From an uncultured delta proteobacterium (lineage in GTDB: Bacteria; Desulfobacterota; BSN033; UBA1163): a DNA stretch of 64,000 nt. A program made the position numbers and the translations under genes. The notes below the pieces were generated by a model. It made no database searches, had not been told where the DNA came from, and worked only from the letters and a program-made list of their open reading frames with translations. The stretch is taken from NCBI GenBank assembly GCA_963820625.1, contig CAWGAV010000005.1:64083-128082 (forward strand), read 5' to 3'. Shown here one piece after another: positions 35,355 to 44,449 of this stretch; within the stretch, counting starts at the first letter, position 1, and every line of letters starts with the position of its first letter.

Positions 35355-35646
35355 AGTAAATTACCCCGCCCACAGGGCGGGGCTTTAAAACCTAAATTCT
35401 CTAAACCCAAAACCGAGATCCCGAAATCCTTAGATCCTGAACTTAATTCAGGACCTGGTTCGGGATGACAAAAGAAGAAGGCCAATCCCCTGTTGTCATG
35501 CTGAACCTTGTGCTGAACTTGATTCAGTATCATTTCAGCATCTGATCAGGTTTTCTCTGCCTTTAGCAGACACACCTTTCATCCCCGTCCCTGCCTACCG
35601 GCAGGCAGGCACAGGACGGGGTTTTCAGGTGCGATTTCTAATAAAA
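35355..35646 (-). repeat. composite hairpin repeat, copy D (292 bp), at the right boundary of the accessory island
   Basis: 6 mismatches against copy C over 292 nt by eye. Same orientation as C. Confidence 0.9.
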
Positions 35647-35705
35647 GAGTTGGCGAAAAGCGTTGGCTTGCGGTAAAAATAGCCCTGTATTACTCTGAAG
35701 CTAAT

Positions 35706-36713
35706 ATGTACGAAGCCATGTTCTATAAAAAGTTAGATGGACAGGATGTCCAATGTCTTCTCTGTCCGAGGGAATGTTTCATCGACGAAGGGAAAAGGGG
35801 TTTCTGCAGAAACAGAGAAAATCAGAAAGGGAACCTCTATTCCATCGTCTACGGGAAGCCCTCCGTAGTCGATATTGGGCCAATTGAAAAGGCGCCTCTT
35901 TATCATTTCATCCCTGGCCATTTTCGATTGTGTGTTACCTGTGCGAGTTGCAATCTGAGATGCAAACATTGTCAGAACTGGCATTTATCCCAGAAAACAT
36001 TTGAAGAGTTGAACCACTATTCTTACTCGTCTTCAGAGATTGTCCAGCAGGCAAAAAATCAAAACCTTTTCTCCATCTCCTTCACTTATACAGAGCCTAC
36101 TGTCTACTACGAATATCTCTACGATATCTCCTCCCTCGCCAAAGAGGCAGGGATGAAGACTTCAATCGTTTCAAACGGGTATATCAATCGAGAACCTCTT
36201 CTGAAACTTTTAACGGTTCTGGATGCAGTAAAGATCGATCTCAAAGGATTTAGTGAAGAATTTTATGAAGAGGTCTGTTCAGCAACCCTGAGGCCTGTCC
36301 TGGAATCCCTCCTCACAATCAAGAAAGAGAAAGTATGGCTGGAGATCGTTAATCTGGTGATACCCACTTTAAATGATGATCCCAAAATGATTGATGAGAT
36401 GTGTCGATGGATCAAAGAGAATTTAGGTCAGGATACCCCGCTTCACTTCACCAGGTTTTCCCCGAATTATAAACTGTCCCATCTCTCCCCTACTCCGGTC
36501 TCCACTTTAGACTCTGCCTATGAGATTGCAAAGAAGAATGGTTTGAGATATGTTTATATTGGGAATGTTCCGGGACATATTCATAACTCAACATTTTGTC
36601 CTTTTTGCAATCGGAAGGTCATCCATCGAACACATTTTGATGTCTTAGAAATGAGTGTGGTGAATGGGAAATGCAAATTTTGCAATGCTTCTATTCAGGG
36701 GAAATGGACATAA
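35706..36713 (+). CDS. AmmeMemoRadiSam-system radical SAM enzyme (PflA-like activase fold)
   Basis: MYEAMFYKKLDGQDVQCLLCPRECFIDEGKRGFCRNR...LYSIVYGKP... with the radical-SAM cluster motif CNLRCKHCQNW. Confidence 0.8.
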   Translation: MYEAMFYKKLDGQDVQCLLCPRECFIDEGKRGFCRNRENQKGNLYSIVYGKPSVVDIGPIEKAPLYHFIPGHFRLCVTCASCNLRCKHCQNWHLSQKTFEELNHYSYSSSEIVQQAKNQNLFSISFTYTEPTVYYEYLYDISSLAKEAGMKTSIVSNGYINREPLLKLLTVLDAVKIDLKGFSEEFYEEVCSATLRPVLESLLTIKKEKVWLEIVNLVIPTLNDDPKMIDEMCRWIKENLGQDTPLHFTRFSPNYKLSHLSPTPVSTLDSAYEIAKKNGLRYVYIGNVPGHIHNSTFCPFCNRKVIHRTHFDVLEMSVVNGKCKFCNASIQGKWT

Positions 36714-36808
36714 ATGAATTTCAGATTGGAGATTTAAGATTTCATATTTCAGATTGGAGATTATTTAAAATCGAAGATCTTAGCATGATACGGGAAAATA
36801 ACTTTTTA

Positions 36809-36880
36809 CTGTCACTCCCGTGAAAGCGGGAGTCCAGAAGGGTTTGGAAAGACTGGATTCCTGCTTCTGCAGGAATGACA
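36809..36880. repeat. REPIN-like hairpin doublet
   Basis: GTCACTCCCGTGAAAGCGGGAGTCCAG, 15 nt, then CTGGATTCCTGCTTCTGCAGGAATGAC. Confidence 0.8.
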
Positions 36881-36959
36881 TTCTAAGTTTAAAAAGGGCT
36901 TTTCAGCAGCCTGTTAGTATTTCAATCTGAAATCTGCAATGACATAAGGGGGGTTAAAA

Positions 36960-37718
36960 ATGGACCTTTTCGATTTAACGGGTAAGGTTGCACTGGTTAC
37001 TGGAAGCACGAAGGGGTTAGGTGAAACTGCAGCCAAAGCCCTGGCTAAGGCAGGTGCGGACGTCGCAGTTTGCGGCAGAAATCCTGCTGACCTCAAACGG
37101 GTGTCAGCCGAAATCCAAGCAACGGGTCGAAATTCAGCAGGATTCGAGCTGGATGTCCTCTCCAAGGAGAAAGTTACAAAAGGTATTGAGAAGGTACTGA
37201 GCCACTTCGGTCGCATCGATATACTCGTTAATAATGCCGGTACCAACTATCGGGTTCCAGTCCTTGAATATCCTGAAGAGATGTGGGACCTGATCATCAA
37301 CACCAACCTGAAAGGATATTTCCTTGTAGCCCAGGCTGTCGTTCCTCAGATGATCGAACGGGGATACGGCAAGGTGATCAACATGAGTTCAATTTTTGGG
37401 AAGACTCCCCTCCCTCACCAATTAGCCTATGCCTCTTCGAAAGGCGGTGTTGACCAGATGACTAAAGTGATGGCTCTTGAATGGGCTAAGCAGGGCGTCC
37501 GAGTCAATGCCATCGGTCCGACCTACTTCGAAACAGAAATGGTGAAGCAGATTCGGAATGATCCGGCGAGATTCAATTTTATCGTTGAGCGAACTCCTAT
37601 GGGTAGATGGGGTTATCTCCCCGAGTTGGAGGGAACGGTGATCTTCCTGGCCTCGAAGGCTTCTGATTTCATCACCGGCCAGACCATCTATGTTGATGGA
37701 GGCTGGACGATCTGGTAA
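36960..37718 (+). CDS. SDR-family oxidoreductase (FabG/gluconate-5-dehydrogenase-like)
   Basis: TGSTKGLG cofactor motif, NNAG, and the catalytic residues S...YASSK. 252 aa. Confidence 0.9.
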   Translation: MDLFDLTGKVALVTGSTKGLGETAAKALAKAGADVAVCGRNPADLKRVSAEIQATGRNSAGFELDVLSKEKVTKGIEKVLSHFGRIDILVNNAGTNYRVPVLEYPEEMWDLIINTNLKGYFLVAQAVVPQMIERGYGKVINMSSIFGKTPLPHQLAYASSKGGVDQMTKVMALEWAKQGVRVNAIGPTYFETEMVKQIRNDPARFNFIVERTPMGRWGYLPELEGTVIFLASKASDFITGQTIYVDGGWTIW

Positions 37719-37809
37719 ATCCTTTAACCACATAACGTAGCGTTCCGGTATTAACCGGAACGAAATGGATTTTTCAGTTCGCCCCCATGAAATGAGGGCG
37801 CTGCCATAA

Positions 37810-38103
37810 ATGGAAATTAAAAAGAAGGTCGGAATTAAATATTGCGGAGGGTGTAACCCAGCTTATGAAAGAGTGGAGATGATTCAGCGGGTTCAATCTC
37901 AATTAAAGGATCGATTCCTTTTTCTCCGCCATGACGAACCAGATATAGAGGTAATGGTTCTCATAAGTGGATGTCACAGGGCCTGCGCAAGTAAATATTT
38001 GAATCCAACGAAAATTCCCCATTGTTCAGTCACAGGAGAAAATGATTTTGAAAAATTGATCGATTGGTTGACCCTTCAGCTGCGCCCAGTCCCTGCTCTT
38101 TAG
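37810..38103 (+). CDS. small Cys-containing hypothetical protein (CGGC ... CHRAC), with its 3' end altered by a 139-bp insertion
   Basis: 97-aa ORF. Removing 38071-38209 gives an alternative C-terminus ending in an ATGA overlap with the next gene. Confidence 0.5.
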   Translation: MEIKKKVGIKYCGGCNPAYERVEMIQRVQSQLKDRFLFLRHDEPDIEVMVLISGCHRACASKYLNPTKIPHCSVTGENDFEKLIDWLTLQLRPVPAL

Positions 38104-38209
38104 AGCAGGAACAAAGGCGCGTTCAGGGTCAACCATGAGCCATTCGATAATACTCAAGGCTCAGGCCAAGGACAAGCTCCAGCCTTCAGGCTGGAGAGTC
38201 GATTGGTTG
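38071..38209. repeat. 139-bp structured insertion flanked by an 11-bp direct repeat TCGATTGGTTG
   Basis: Direct repeats at 38060-38070 and 38199-38209. Internal hairpins CCTGCTCTttAGAGCAGG and CTCCAGCCttcaGGCTGGAG, plus TTGACCCT/AGGGTCAA. Confidence 0.5.
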
Positions 38210-38238
38210 GCATCCCTCAATGAGAAAGGAGATTTATT

Positions 38239-39918
38239 ATGAATTCGCCAAATCAATCCAGACGATGGCTCTCTTTATACCCCAAAGACTATTCACCAGA
38301 TTTAACCCCGGAGGCTGAAAATGCTCTTGGTCATCTTCGAAAAACAGTCCAATTGCGTGGCCAGGGACCAGCTATTTACTATTTCGATAAGGTGATCTCT
38401 TACAGGGAATTGGATGAAATGAGCGATGCCTTTGCCTGCGCTCTGAAAGAACTCGGCGTTCAAAAAGGTGACCGCGTCTCCCTTTACCTCCAAAATATCC
38501 CACAATTTATCATCGGCCAATATGGTATTTGGAAGATAGGCGGAGTAGTTGTCCCTTTAAACCCCATGTACAAGGAAAAAGAACTCACCTACTATTTTCG
38601 GGATGCATCGGTTCGGGTACTTGTCTCCATGGAATCCCTTTACGGGGACATGATTCGAAAAGTGGTCAAAGAAACAGGAGTTGAGCATGTGATCACCACC
38701 TCAGGGTTGGATTTTCTCGATCCTAATAGCCCAGTCCCAACCATCCTTAAAGGAGTGGAGAAAGTAAAGGAATTGGAAACCTCAGACTTCATGAAGCTTC
38801 TTGAGAGGTATCGAGGGAAGCGACCCCCAGAGGTCAAGCTTTCTCGAGAGGATGTGGCCTACCTGACCTATACATCCGGGACCACAGGTCCTCCGAAAGG
38901 AGCCATGAATACACACGGGAATGTTGTCTTCAACTCTGAGGTCTATCGCCATTGCTGGAAGTTGACTCCCTCGGATATTATGCTGGGCGTGGCTCCTTTC
39001 TTCCACGTGACAGGGATGGTCGGCCATATTGGAACATCGATTGCTTCCGGAACTCCTCTCGTTCTATTTTACCGTTTTGATCCCAAGACAACATTTCAGA
39101 TGATCGAGAGATGGAAGGCCACCTGCACCATCGGAGCCATCACAGTCTTCATTGCCTTGATGAATGACCCGGAAATTGGAAAATATGATCTTTCCAGCTT
39201 CCGAAAAGTTTATAGTGGAGGAGCTCCCGTGATCCCTGCTGTCGTAGAACGATTTGAAAAAATGACGGGGACTTACATTCACAATGTCTACGGTCTTACC
39301 GAAAGTACTTCACCTGCTACTCTGGTCCCACTGGGATCGAGGGCGCCTGTAGACCCCTCGACTGGAGCCATTGCCATTGGAGTTCCCATTCCAAGCCATG
39401 AGGCTAAGATTATGGACCTCAGTGATCCTGAAAAAGAGCTTCCCCCCGGGGAGGTGGGCGAGCTGGCTGTCAAAGGACCAGGCATCATTCCAGGATACTG
39501 GAACAAACCTGAAGAAACCGCCCATGCCATCCGGCAGGGGTGGCTTTTTACCGGGGATGTGGGTACAATGGATAGTAAGGGATGGTTCTATCTCTTAGAC
39601 AGAAAGAAGGATATGATCATTGCGTCCGGATTTAAAGTCTGGCCAAGAGAGGTAGAAGATGTGATCTATCTTCTTCCCTCTGTTCGAGAAGTCGCAGTAG
39701 TTGGAGTTCCAGATCCATATCGGGGAGAGACCGTCAAGGCCTTCGTGGCTTTGAAGGAAGGATATGAAAGCAAGGTGACTGAGGAAGAGATCATGGCCCA
39801 TTGCAAGGAACGAATGGCTGCTTACAAATATCCCAGACAGGTTGAGTTCGTTAAAGAAATTCCCAAGACGGCCACAGGAAAATTTTTGCGGAGAGCATTT
39901 AGAAATGCTCAAAGCTGA
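38239..39918 (+). CDS. AMP-dependent acyl-CoA synthetase (long/medium-chain fatty-acid-CoA ligase-like)
   Basis: AMP-binding motif YTSGTTGPPKG, with ...GWLFTGDVG...DRKKDMIIASGFKVWPREVE... 559 aa. Confidence 0.9.
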   Translation: MNSPNQSRRWLSLYPKDYSPDLTPEAENALGHLRKTVQLRGQGPAIYYFDKVISYRELDEMSDAFACALKELGVQKGDRVSLYLQNIPQFIIGQYGIWKIGGVVVPLNPMYKEKELTYYFRDASVRVLVSMESLYGDMIRKVVKETGVEHVITTSGLDFLDPNSPVPTILKGVEKVKELETSDFMKLLERYRGKRPPEVKLSREDVAYLTYTSGTTGPPKGAMNTHGNVVFNSEVYRHCWKLTPSDIMLGVAPFFHVTGMVGHIGTSIASGTPLVLFYRFDPKTTFQMIERWKATCTIGAITVFIALMNDPEIGKYDLSSFRKVYSGGAPVIPAVVERFEKMTGTYIHNVYGLTESTSPATLVPLGSRAPVDPSTGAIAIGVPIPSHEAKIMDLSDPEKELPPGEVGELAVKGPGIIPGYWNKPEETAHAIRQGWLFTGDVGTMDSKGWFYLLDRKKDMIIASGFKVWPREVEDVIYLLPSVREVAVVGVPDPYRGETVKAFVALKEGYESKVTEEEIMAHCKERMAAYKYPRQVEFVKEIPKTATGKFLRRAFRNAQS

Positions 39919-39946
39919 AAGCTCGCCTTGCGGGTACGCCCATTTT

Positions 39947-40027
39947 CGTCATTCCTGCCCCGTTTTACAACGGGCTAAACTCCAGCAGGAATCCAGTTGC
40001 TCGATTCCCGTTATCACGGTAATGACA
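39947..40027. repeat. REPIN-like doublet with a nested hairpin (same subfamily as 18921-19015)
   Basis: TCATTCCTGC[CCCGTTTTACAACGGG...]AGCAGGAATCCAG, 5 nt, then CGATTCCCGTTATCACGGTAATGAC. Confidence 0.8.
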
Positions 40028-40050
40028 GAATGAACAAAAAGGAGAAAGAG

Positions 40051-41490
40051 ATGAAACGAATTGTGACCAAAGAAGATTACATCCAGAGCCTCAAAGATCT
40101 TCATCACGTTGTCTACTACAATGGGAAACGGGTTGAGGATATTACAGAGCATCCTGGCCTTCGTCCTCATATCAACTCGGCCGCCCTCACCTATGAACTT
40201 GCCCTTCGCCCCGAATATGAGGATTTGATGACAACCACCTCCCATCTCACCGGCAGGAAGATAAATCGATTCACCCACATCCATCAGAGCGTGGACGATC
40301 TGATCAAAAAAGTTCAGATGCTCCGTCTGATCGGCCACGAGACCGGCTCATGCTTTCAACGATGCGTTGGATTCGATGCTTTGAATGCCACCTACATGAC
40401 GACTTATGATGTCGATCAAAAATATAAGACAGACTACTTCGAGCGATTTAAAAAGTATTTAATCCACGTCCAGGACAGCAATGTGATGTTAGTGGGCGGG
40501 ATGACCGACCCAAAGGGAGACAGATCTCTTCCACCCAGCAAACAGGCAGATCCTGACCTCTTTACACACGTTGTCGAAAGGCGATCCGATGGAATTGTCA
40601 TTCGTGGAGCCAAGGCCCATATGACAGGAGGTGTCAATTCCCATGAGATTCTGATCATGCCTACTCAGGCGATGAGAGAGGAAGATCGAGACTATGCCTT
40701 GACCTGTGCGCTTCCCCTTAATTCACCGGGAGTGATTCTTATATTTGGCCGTCAGACCAATGAAGAACGAAAATTCGAAGAAGGAATCGATGCCGGAAAT
40801 CCCTTCGGATCTGTAGGAGGAGAAGCTCTAATCATCTTTGATAATGTCTTTGTACCCTGGGAAAGGGTCTTTCTCTGCGGCGAATATGACATGGCTGGAA
40901 TACTCGTAGAACGATTTGCCACTTTACATCGCCAGAACTACGGGGGATGTAAAGGAGGGGTCTCTGATATTCTGGTAGGAGCTACAGCATTGGCTGCAGA
41001 GTATCAAGGAACAGCCGGTGCTTCACACATTAAAGAAAAACTGGCCGAGATGATTCATCTGGCAGAGACGATCTATTCTGGATCTGTGGCTTGCTCTGCC
41101 ATGGGATACAAGACTCCTTCCGGAGCTTATTATCCGGATCCACTTTTAGCCAATACCACAAAGCATAATGTCACCCGTCATATCTATGAGATCGCTCGCC
41201 TTGCCCATGATATCGCAGGAGGGATTGTTGCCACCATGCCTTTCCAGGCTGATCTGGAAAGCAGCGAGGTAGGTCGTTATGTGAAGAAATATTTGGCAGG
41301 GGCCAAAGGAATCCCTGTTGAAGCCCGCATAAAAATTCTCAGGCTCATTGAAAATATGAGTGGAGGGACAGCCCTGGTCGAGTCTATGCATGGCGCAGGA
41401 TCTCCTCAGACCCAGAAGGTCATGTATGGAAGACTGGGAAATCTGGAACAGAAAAAACGCTGGGCAAAACGCATAGTAGGAATTGAGTGA
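40051..41490 (+). CDS. 4-hydroxybutyryl-CoA dehydratase / vinylacetyl-CoA isomerase family (4-HPA 3-hydroxylase fold) enzyme
   Basis: MKRIVTKEDYIQSLKDL...YYNGKRVEDITEHPGLRP...GSCFQRCVG... is the AbfD-like pattern. The ATG at 40051 after AGGAGAAAGAG is preferred, because upstream ORF-track codons lie in a repeat. Confidence 0.8.
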   Translation: MKRIVTKEDYIQSLKDLHHVVYYNGKRVEDITEHPGLRPHINSAALTYELALRPEYEDLMTTTSHLTGRKINRFTHIHQSVDDLIKKVQMLRLIGHETGSCFQRCVGFDALNATYMTTYDVDQKYKTDYFERFKKYLIHVQDSNVMLVGGMTDPKGDRSLPPSKQADPDLFTHVVERRSDGIVIRGAKAHMTGGVNSHEILIMPTQAMREEDRDYALTCALPLNSPGVILIFGRQTNEERKFEEGIDAGNPFGSVGGEALIIFDNVFVPWERVFLCGEYDMAGILVERFATLHRQNYGGCKGGVSDILVGATALAAEYQGTAGASHIKEKLAEMIHLAETIYSGSVACSAMGYKTPSGAYYPDPLLANTTKHNVTRHIYEIARLAHDIAGGIVATMPFQADLESSEVGRYVKKYLAGAKGIPVEARIKILRLIENMSGGTALVESMHGAGSPQTQKVMYGRLGNLEQKKRWAKRIVGIE

Positions 41491-41510
41491 AGAGGTTGAA
41501 ATCTTCCTGT

Positions 41511-42449
41511 TCAAAGGTCGGTACCCTTCTCATTCCTCTTGCAACCCTCAGGCATTCCCCGGCGCAGGAAGAAAGGAAGTTCCTCTTCCTTCTTGCCCCA
41601 AAACATGCAATGTTTGATTCTCTTGCCCTTAAATTGGTCTTTCGCGGATAGGAGGACACTGGGTGTGGTTGGAAGGCAACTGACACAGAAAGATTTCTTC
41701 GGCCGAAGGGGAGGCTCTCCTTTTATCGATTCAATCAATCGGATGGCCTTATCTACTTTCTTTTTCTCTCCTTCCGTCACCAAGACCACCGATCCCTCGG
41801 ACCCTCTCACCCCGCCACCTCCAATGTGAATTGCCTCCAAGTCAAATAACACTTGGAATGCCTCGACTTCGGTGATGACTTCGGCATTGACCATAGGAAC
41901 CATTCCGATTCGAATCCCTTGTGAATAATGAAAGGTGCTCTGGCCGCAGAGCTTTGCCGCTTTCGGAACAGAGGGAATCAGTTTCTCAAGCCCCACCGGA
42001 ACGATAAGATGACACCCTCTTGCGCAGAGAATGCCATACGCATAACCGATGGTTCCACCCGAAGGATGGGCAACGAAGACTCCCGCATTTCCTTCTGGAT
42101 CCACCGCATTGGCTCCTTTTATGAATACTGATCCTGCATCAAAGCTCGTTAGCGTCTCTTCCATAGTTAATTTGGGAGGAATTCGTTTTCCTTTCCTGAT
42201 CACGATCATGGGAGGCTTTTCTTCCGCTTGGGTGACGCAAAGAATCCCGTGGATAATCTGCCCCGACAAGAACTTATCTTTTCCAGGACACTCTCCCAGA
42301 ATTTCTTCAGCCACGTAAACATTCGTGGACCCATGCCCGATCACAATCTCCCCTTTGATCTTCGCCCTCTTCACCTCCGGCAACCGAGCGACAGCCTTCG
42401 CAATAAATCGCTTCGATTCGTTAGGTGTGAATACAAAGACAGCACGCAT
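41511..42449 (-). CDS. conserved-looking hypothetical protein (312 aa) with a Cys-containing C-terminal region
   Basis: Long ORF with protein-like composition. No family recognised. Confidence 0.5.
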   Translation of the reverse strand: MRAVFVFTPNESKRFIAKAVARLPEVKRAKIKGEIVIGHGSTNVYVAEEILGECPGKDKFLSGQIIHGILCVTQAEEKPPMIVIRKGKRIPPKLTMEETLTSFDAGSVFIKGANAVDPEGNAGVFVAHPSGGTIGYAYGILCARGCHLIVPVGLEKLIPSVPKAAKLCGQSTFHYSQGIRIGMVPMVNAEVITEVEAFQVLFDLEAIHIGGGGVRGSEGSVVLVTEGEKKKVDKAIRLIESIKGEPPLRPKKSFCVSCLPTTPSVLLSAKDQFKGKRIKHCMFWGKKEEELPFFLRRGMPEGCKRNEKGTDL

Positions 42450-42723
42450 CTCTTATCTCCTTTCAAGGCAATACTATTCGAACGTATTTGAAATTTTCGG
42501 CAATATCAAATCCGAATTTCAAAACTCGAACAAATTTAAAATTCCAATTTTCAAAATCCTAAACTTCTCGTTTGGGTCATTCGTATTTTGGAATTCATGC
42601 TTGTTTCACATTGATCCCTGCGGGATGCTTCGCCCGTGCTTCGAAGTTTGAATTTCCATGCACCAGCTATTTGGAACACGCATGGTAGAAGAAAATTCTA
42701 AAATTCAAAACTGTAACGAAGTG

Positions 42724-43272
42724 TCAGATTTTCCCCTCCTCGTAATCCATGATAACCTCCATGGTCATCCTTGCCGCCGTCCCCACCACATCGGGACAGA
42801 CATGACTGTGTCCACCTGCATCGACCAGGGCCTTAAAGTCCTCAGGCTTTCTAAGATCGAAAGATCGTCCGAAAACTTGCTTCTGAATCCCCTGGCATGA
42901 CGGGGTTCCGTATTTTTCCAGATATTTTTCCAGCAAACGAGCGGCCAATTTATAGGCGATCATTCGCCTCCCTTCTTTGTCTTCAATGGCATCACGCGTT
43001 CTCCCATAGAGTTGGCTGATTAACATGATCCCTCCGGAAAGCCCCCCGCATGCCGAAAGGCAGGAGAGACCGATTCCCCCTCCCAATCCGCTTGCGGCTC
43101 TGAAAATATCGGGATTCTCGATTCCCAATACTTCCTGTAAGGCTCCTACCGTTGCCTGAGCGCAGCCATGATAATCTCGCTCATAACGAAAGGCTGTCTC
43201 GTAGACTCGATCCAGCAGTTTTTGACGATCAAAAACTGCAATCACTTTTCGTACCTTTTCGACATCACTCAT
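42724..43272 (-). CDS. C_GCAxxG_C_C family (putative redox-active) protein
   Basis: ...YHGCAQATVGAL... and ...CLSACGGLSGG... match the C-GCAxxG-C-C motif. 182 aa. Confidence 0.8.
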   Translation of the reverse strand: MSDVEKVRKVIAVFDRQKLLDRVYETAFRYERDYHGCAQATVGALQEVLGIENPDIFRAASGLGGGIGLSCLSACGGLSGGIMLISQLYGRTRDAIEDKEGRRMIAYKLAARLLEKYLEKYGTPSCQGIQKQVFGRSFDLRKPEDFKALVDAGGHSHVCPDVVGTAARMTMEVIMDYEEGKI

Positions 43273-43292
43273 TGACGCATCCTCCTTTCGAA

Positions 43293-44449
43293 CTATTTCA
43301 TCTGGGCTCTTAAAAAAAAGGTTAAAACCATTCCCACAATGGCCAATCCGCTCATAAAGAAAAAGGAAGCTTCAAAAGATCCTTTCAGATCGATAAAATA
43401 CCCGAAGAGGATTGGAAAGAAGAGGCTTCCCATATTGGCGATAAAGTTGACGATCCCAAAACCCGTCGCTGCAAGCTCCGCCCCCGAAACGATGAAGGAG
43501 AGGAAAAAATCGGACCGAAGGTTGCAGAACTCATATAAATTGCCAGCCCAAAGAACAGAAGGCGATACCCAAAATGATTACAGAAGATCAAGAAAAGGTA
43601 TGAAAGAAGCAATATGAGGAAGGAGTACCGGATAATCTGGATGGCTGAAAGTTTCCGCAAGAAGAATCCACCCATGAGCCGGGCCAATCCACTGAGAAAC
43701 ATGACCCCCGCCCCCCACGCTCCCACGATGCGAAGAGAATCCATTTGGCTGGCGTGGATGGCGAATGTCGAAAACCAGGTTCCCAGGGTGATCACACCGC
43801 CCAAAAAAATGGCGTGAAGGATGCCAAGAATCCAAACGGGTTTAGAGGAGAATACCGACCTGAAGTGAGCGAGAGGAATGACCGCTGAAGGTTTAATCTC
43901 CTCCCCCCAGGCGGCCAGAAGAGCCATGGGAACGATGAAGAAGAGAGAGGTAGACAAATAGACCAATTTCCAGTCGATCTCTATCAACGCGGGCATAAGA
44001 AAAAAGGGGAAAATGGCCCCGATACTGAAAGAGGCCCCATAAAACCCCTGTATCATTCCCCTATACCTTTCACGAGTAAATAAGGTTGCATATTTTATTC
44101 CGGAGGTGAAGGCAAACCCGGTCCCTATCCCGCTGATGATCCTCATGACAAGGACAAACTCATACGTGGCATTAAAAACGCAAAGCAGGCTCGAGACAAA
44201 GACAATGGCTAAAGAGATTATCAATGTCTTCTTCACCCCTACCCGATCGGTGAACGGCCCTGAGGGGATCTGAACCACACCGTGGGCCATGATCAGCGAC
44301 GTAACCAGAAAAGCAATCCCGGCATTGGTTACTCCGTAGATCGTCTTCAAACTTGGCAGTATGGGCGGCAAGTTCATGAAGACGACCCCAATGCTCATAG
44401 ACGAAATAAAGGCTGTCAGGACATGGCGATTCAAAGGCAAAGACCTCAA
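43293..44449 (-). pseudogene. MFS transporter, frameshifted in an A6/T6 run (43504-43509)
   Basis: The ORF-track C-terminus (…SSPSSFRGRSLQRRV…) is non-membrane-like. The -1 frame gives LSFIVSGAELAATGFGIVNFIANMGSLFFPILFGYFIDL...GMVLTFF, ending at the stop at 43293-43295. Confidence 0.75.
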
